Shown one piece after another: positions 58,196 through 64,000 of a stretch of 64,000 nt of DNA (positions are counted from its first letter, which is position 1; each line of letters opens with the position of its first letter). A program made the translations under genes and the position numbers. Under the pieces are notes generated by a model. It did not search any database and had not been told where the DNA came from. It worked only from the letters and a program-made list of their open reading frames with translations. The stretch comes from Chrysomallon squamiferum (lineage: Eukaryota > Animalia > Mollusca): positions 12,710,001-12,774,000 of the forward strand of contig CM022679.1 of assembly GCA_012295275.1 (NCBI GenBank). The letters run 5' to 3'.

Positions 58196-61100
58196 TAAAT
58201 TTTCATTTTAGTATCCTAGGGAAGAATCTACATATTAATACCTTTCAGAAAAGAAGAAGAAAATCTTTGCATGTTATGATACTATTTATTAAAAGGGATT
58301 AAGTATATGTTTAGATCAGTTGATCAATATGTTAGATGGATTGTTAAATGGATCAATCTGGCAAGATGGTGAAAATGATACACTGGAAAATGTACAAGGA
58401 GGTGTGATTTGTGAAGAAAATAAATCCCCACATCAGAAAAAACACAAACTATTTATTTACTGTGAATGAAGACAATGATATGATACCAGACGATCAATGG
58501 ATCCATTCCTAAACATGTATAATGTGAATTATTCAAAACGTTAATAAAATGTATTCTTACTGTTGTAATCATTTTATTTTCTTTTTGTTGCTGTTTAGTT
58601 TTTGTTGTTATTTTTTGTGTGTTTTGTTTTGGTTTTTTATTTTAATTTCTTTAATTTTCCTTTTTACCTTTTACAATTTCACCACATCATTGTGAAGTAA
58701 CAAACAGCCATTACATTCTGAAAGACACATGCACAGACATAATTACACACATACATACAAGAGGAATTCACGCTGTGCACACTAACAGCTATAAATCAAA
58801 CTGACTAGTTTAACAATAATGCTTTGTGATCCATCACTATGAATTATGATCACAGAAAGTTTTTAACATTTTAACAGTATTGAAAACACTCCCAAAAACA
58901 AAAATGTTCTTTTGCCACTCATGATGAATTGATCACAACAGCAGAACTTAAAAGTGAATTTCACTGCTCAGTGATTTATGGGATGGTATGACATGATGTG
59001 CATGACTATTGCTGAAAAATATGGCAGTTGTGAAAAATATATATTTATTGATTCAGCGTAAAGCTTCTTCATTCATCTGAAGAAATTCATTTTGAAATCA
59101 ACGTCATTAATATATATTTTTGGTATTTGACTGCATTCATTTAAAATAATAATAATAATGAGAATAATGATGATAGATAGATAGACAGGTAGGCAGACAG
59201 ATAGTCAGACAGTCATACAGGTAAGTAACTAAGTAGAAATGTCACCAGACTGACACACAGATAGACAGACAAACATATGGTGACTTGTTTTATTCTCCTC
59301 ATTAGTAAAATGGACATCGACATCTTTAAGAAAAATAATATAACTCTTTTATTCCTTTCTTGCTAAAGACACGCTATAGAAAAAAATATATAGTTTGTTA
59401 TATTTCTTCTAACAAGGAGACAATAGAAAAAAATGGACCCCACTAGCTTTTGCCCTTAAACTTAATAATTTAAACTGTAAGGTGTGAACATGTTTGGTTT
59501 CTTTTTGCTGCTCTCACAGCCAGAGAAATCTAAGCCAGTCTAAGTGGTGACCTCAAAGGCCCAGACTGTCTTATCTGCAGAGGAAAGAGCTCTGACAGTT
59601 TCTGTTTTTATTTTATAGCCAGACCTCCTGGCAATACACAACTTTTATTGTGAGAGTGAGAATATCTCCTCCAATCAATTGTACAGGACAAGTGAAAGGG
59701 AATGAACACAGGAACACGCTGTCAGTATGACAAATATTTGTGAATGTCTTTGGAAATGATTTTCCATCATGGATTGATAGACAGACAGTGATGGTGTTCA
59801 CTCTCCACAGCCCAGACTGCAGCAGGAAAGCAGCTCTTGTAATTATATCCCAGGAGATGAGAGAATGGCTGAGAGTTCTTCTGTGAGTCACAGAATTCTG
59901 AAGAATCTACGGTTTAGAGTGGTCTTAACAGTTCTGAGCGAATCTATAGCTTTGTGCAAACCTGCAGCTTTGAGTGTTTCTGTAATTTTGAGTTAATGCA
60001 CACCTCTGAGCAAATCCATGGTGAACTTAAATATTTCAGTGACAATACGATTTTAAGCAAATTAACAGCATTCACTGAAATTACCTTTTAAATATCTCCA
60101 TGAATCTGCTGTTTTAATAAACCTGCATTATAAGCTGAATCTATGGTTTTGAGTTAATCTCAACTTTTGATGAACAGCAGTTGTGTTTATATAACAAGAT
60201 ATGCTTTATAACATTAATTATAGATTTTGAAGTAAAATTATGTGCAATATAATGTGTATGTTACACATCTCATAACATCTGATATGTCCACATCCAAACC
60301 TAAGGTTCATGCATGCATCACAATAACCAAAGCTGACAAGCTGTAGTCTCTAAAAAGAAAAACAAATAATAATGTGTACTCAGATGTCTTTAAGCTAATA
60401 TTTTCTTGATCTAATGAAAAAAAAAGAATGGACTGAAAAATCCATTAACGTATTTATCTCTTCATTTAACAAGGTCTGTAAGATTTTCTTTTATGCCCAT
60501 CTAATTCTAGACTTTTTCCCCTGCATTCAGATTATTATGTACTAATAGAATGAAACTGGAATTATATATATATATAAAAGAAAGAAAAAACAACAACAAA
60601 TGAAACAAGATTTTGTTTTGTGTATGTGTGTGGGTGTGGGTGTGGGCGTGGGTGTGGACATATGGTTGTTTCAAAGACTATAGCTGTTCACTGCCCTCAG
60701 ATTAAACATGTTTCTCCCTGAGAAACACAAAAACACAAAACCGTTTATTTAATCAAATTTTAATCCTCTTGTTTCCAACTAGGAACTAAATTATTTTTAG
60801 AACATCCTGAAATGAACTCACATTTCTACAAACAAGAAAACGTTACTGACATTAAACACTTCAACTAAAAAAGGACAGTGGAAAAAAAACAAACAAAAAA
60901 AGACAAAAAAAGAGTCATAAAAAGAGTTTATAATAAAAAGCAAGGTATTATCACTGGTATTGATTTTTATATTTCTTGAGCTATTTTAGTTCATGCATCA
61001 TTATGACATTCTATTTTTTTTTTTATCTGTAAGGAATGTTGATGAATCATTCACTTTAACACACAATAAATTCAACAAAGCAGAAATATACAAGGGCTTT

Positions 61101-61637
61101 TATAACACAACTTCTTGTGTTCTTGTATCATCAGGTCAGATTTGTGTCAAATACATTGATGTTTTTTTTTTTAATTTGTTTGTTTTTTGAAGCAATGATT
61201 TGTAAATAATGCAACATAATGCATAATAAATGCAAGTCTGCAAATGAAGAAACATTAGCTAGAGCTTTTAGAATGCAATGTTGCAAGTAGAAGCAGTACC
61301 CTTAGGTCAAAACATTATCTTTCTTTTTAATATTTTAATTATGTCAAAAGTAAGGCTGAGACTTAGATTAAATAATATTGTTCCTAAGGGATTCCATCTT
61401 CAACTATTTCAGATACATTTCCCAATTTCAGGAATTAACTTTTAACTTTTTTTTCTCCAAAGATTTACTTCCTGTCATACTGGAAGTTAATGTTAATATC
61501 TGAAGAAGGATGTTTTTCTTGAAAATATATTCCTTGATGCCCAAAGGGAATTTTGTGTTGTAGTATGTAAAATATTTTACTTGAATTTATACTTTCTCTT
61601 CCTGTAATTGTTGACTTAATTCTTCTATTCATTCTGA

Positions 61638-61942
61638 AAGCCAGTGATTGTGTCAAGTATAAAAAGCCAGTGATTGTGTCAAGTATAAAAGCCATTGATT
61701 GTGTCAAGTATAAAAGCCATTGATTGTGTTAAGTATAAAAGCCAGTGATTGTGTCAAGTATAAAAGCCATTGATTGTGTCAAGTATAAAAGCCATTGATT
61801 GTGTCAAGTATAAAAAGCCAGTGATTGTGTCATGTATAAAAAGCCAGTGATTATGTTAAGTATAAAAGCCAGTGATTATGTTAAGTGTAAAAGCCAGTGA
61901 TTGCTTCAAGTATAAAAGCCATTGATTATGATAAGTCTAAAA
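61638..61942. repeat. 25-bp minisatellite, about 12 copies
   Basis: Unit gcca(g/t)tgattgtgtcaagtataaaa head to tail, decaying toward the 3' end. Confidence 0.95.
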
Positions 61943-64000
61943 ACAAGTAGTTGTAATAAGATATGATAACTTTAAATTATGTGTACTACACAAACTTAGT
62001 CCACACTGATTCACAGTCAGACAACTGAACAGTCTAACAGTTTATAAAAAACGCAGACAATCTTGGCCACTTGATACATCTTTTAGCCAAATGATACAGA
62101 TAGTTATAATTTATAACTGTATTTAGATCCATTAATTTTTTTTTAATCATTATATGTATGGTTATATAATACATATGTATTAAAGGTACAAATGACACAG
62201 AAAGTTTTGCAATGTAAATCTTTCAAGGTGTAAGATAACAAAAAACAATTTTTGAAAGACTCAGACATTTATTAAAATAATAATAATAAAAAATCACCTG
62301 TTAACTATGTTTGCAAATATTTTATATTCAGTCATGATGTAATACATAATTACAAGTGATGGGCATAATTATGCACTTTACAGGTGACAGTGATGAAGAA
62401 AAGTGTGTATTGGCTGAAGTGTTTCATTGAACTTTGCACGGACCAAGATGGCTATCAATAATTCAGATCTGAAGTAACAGATTTGAGCCAAGTTAAGAAT
62501 TAAATATAGATCAAAGAACAGACTGATCCATTTGTAGCACTGCTGAAAGAGTTTAAAAAGGAGAGAGGAGAGGCTGGAATGATGAACAACTTGCACTTGC
62601 ATATATTTCATTAGGGAAAGGTTTTCTGGTACACACACTGAACATACCTAATCTAATGTCAAAACAATTTATGTGATTTTCAGTGAACAGAAATCAGAAA
62701 TAATGGGGGTAAAAAGATGGTCTGGAAATAAGCATATTAAACTGAGATCAATAAAAACTTATTGATTTCTGCAAAGATATGTGAATTTGCACAGTGTTTA
62801 GTTAATCAACAGAAAACATTTAAGGTATTTTATAAATTCATTATATATCATTAACATAATCTGCCTCAATTAGTTTCACCTTGATGAACTGGTATTAGAA
62901 AAATGTCCAGAAGATATTTTTAAGTTAACTTTTTTAACTTCTCTTTATACATACAAACACATCCTGACAAAAACAATTCCACAAAAATTCTCATAGCTAC
63001 TAACTTTTTTTCATATGGAACTAGAAGTTTGAACTTGACAGGTATAAATTTAGATGGATGTAAAACAAATTGTCATTACTTCATACATTCACTTCACAGT
63101 GATTTATTTTTGTGTTTGGATATCATTATATATTCATTCATTAACTTTCAATAAACGAGATAATAAAACCTGCAATATCAACCATTCTTTTTTTTTTCTC
63201 TCTTTCAGAATGGAGGTAAATAACAAGGGCAATGAACCCAAGCTAAGGTCTGGAACAATATGAGCACAATTTACAATGACACATTGGTTTTGGAATTGTT
63301 TAAGGCATATTACCATGCTTAAATAGGTTAAGTTAAGGAAAAAACTGGAAAAAATTGGCATCATAAATTTTTTGTGACATTTAAAAAAAAATAAAGAACA
63401 GAATGATTACTTGCTGAGTATTTTTTTATTTTTTATTTATTTTAAATTTTTTTTTTTTTTACATTATAATTTTGTAATCTGATGGAAATTACAATACCAA
63501 TAAAACGTAGAAGCATAAATTCAAAATGAATAAATAATCACAGAGTCTATGAGTATTTCCACATAAAGATTGGTTCTTCTACTTGTAATACCTCTGTTAA
63601 AAAGATACATAGAAATCTTGTTTTATATAATGTAACTAAAGTAATTTGTAAAAAAAGAAGTCGATTGCAGCTTAAAAACAAAAAAAATAAAGAATAAAAA
63701 ATGAACATGAAAAAGCTGTGTGTATACAAACGTATCACATATATTAAACATGAATATACAAACAGACTTAAGTGTGTATATTAATACCTATACGTTTAAA
63801 CAAAAAATCAAAACCAAAACCCTTAAAAAAAAAAACAAGAATATTTTTTGCTAAATGTTAGCTTCATTCTGTGTTTACAAACATTTACAGAATGTGCCAA
63901 CAGATTTATAAAGCCTGTTTCTTTTTCAACAACTTTTTCTAATGAATTATTTTTAAACCAACACACACACACACAAACAGAAGCATGCAATTGTACACTC

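Noticed and set aside
61638-61942. CAGTGATT core shared between the 25-bp and 41-bp minisatellites
   Set aside because: Only 8 bp match; the rest of the units do not align
63186-63263. Strong plus-strand acceptor followed by a short ORF (possible nested antisense gene); similar site near 59618
   Set aside because: No recognisable protein, early stops and no partner exons

Overview
Very AT-rich, microsatellite-rich eukaryotic DNA, most likely from a gastropod mollusc. The window holds most of one gene on the minus strand: a conventional, Ca2+-dependent protein kinase C (cPKC), very similar by recall to Aplysia PKC Apl I. I traced 12 shared coding exons by hand, from the C1b domain (35082) through C2, hinge and kinase domain (13146), all with GT-AG boundaries. 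Two alternative last exons follow: a proximal alpha/betaII-like tail (11056-11202, absent from the ORF track) and a distal betaI-like tail (1863-2015). This mirrors vertebrate PKC-betaII/betaI splicing. The exons for the pseudosubstrate and C1a were not found, so 35083-64000 appears to be part of one intron longer than 28.9 kb. Points worth a second look are a 1-bp frameshift in a G run in the C2/hinge exon (probably a consensus error), a candidate 24-nt microexon between the two tails, and a candidate 30-nt exon with an ATG in the C1a-C1b intron that could yield a PKC lacking its pseudosubstrate. The rest is tandem repeats and decayed SINE/LINE fragments. Nearly all ORFs in the supplied track are low-complexity noise.
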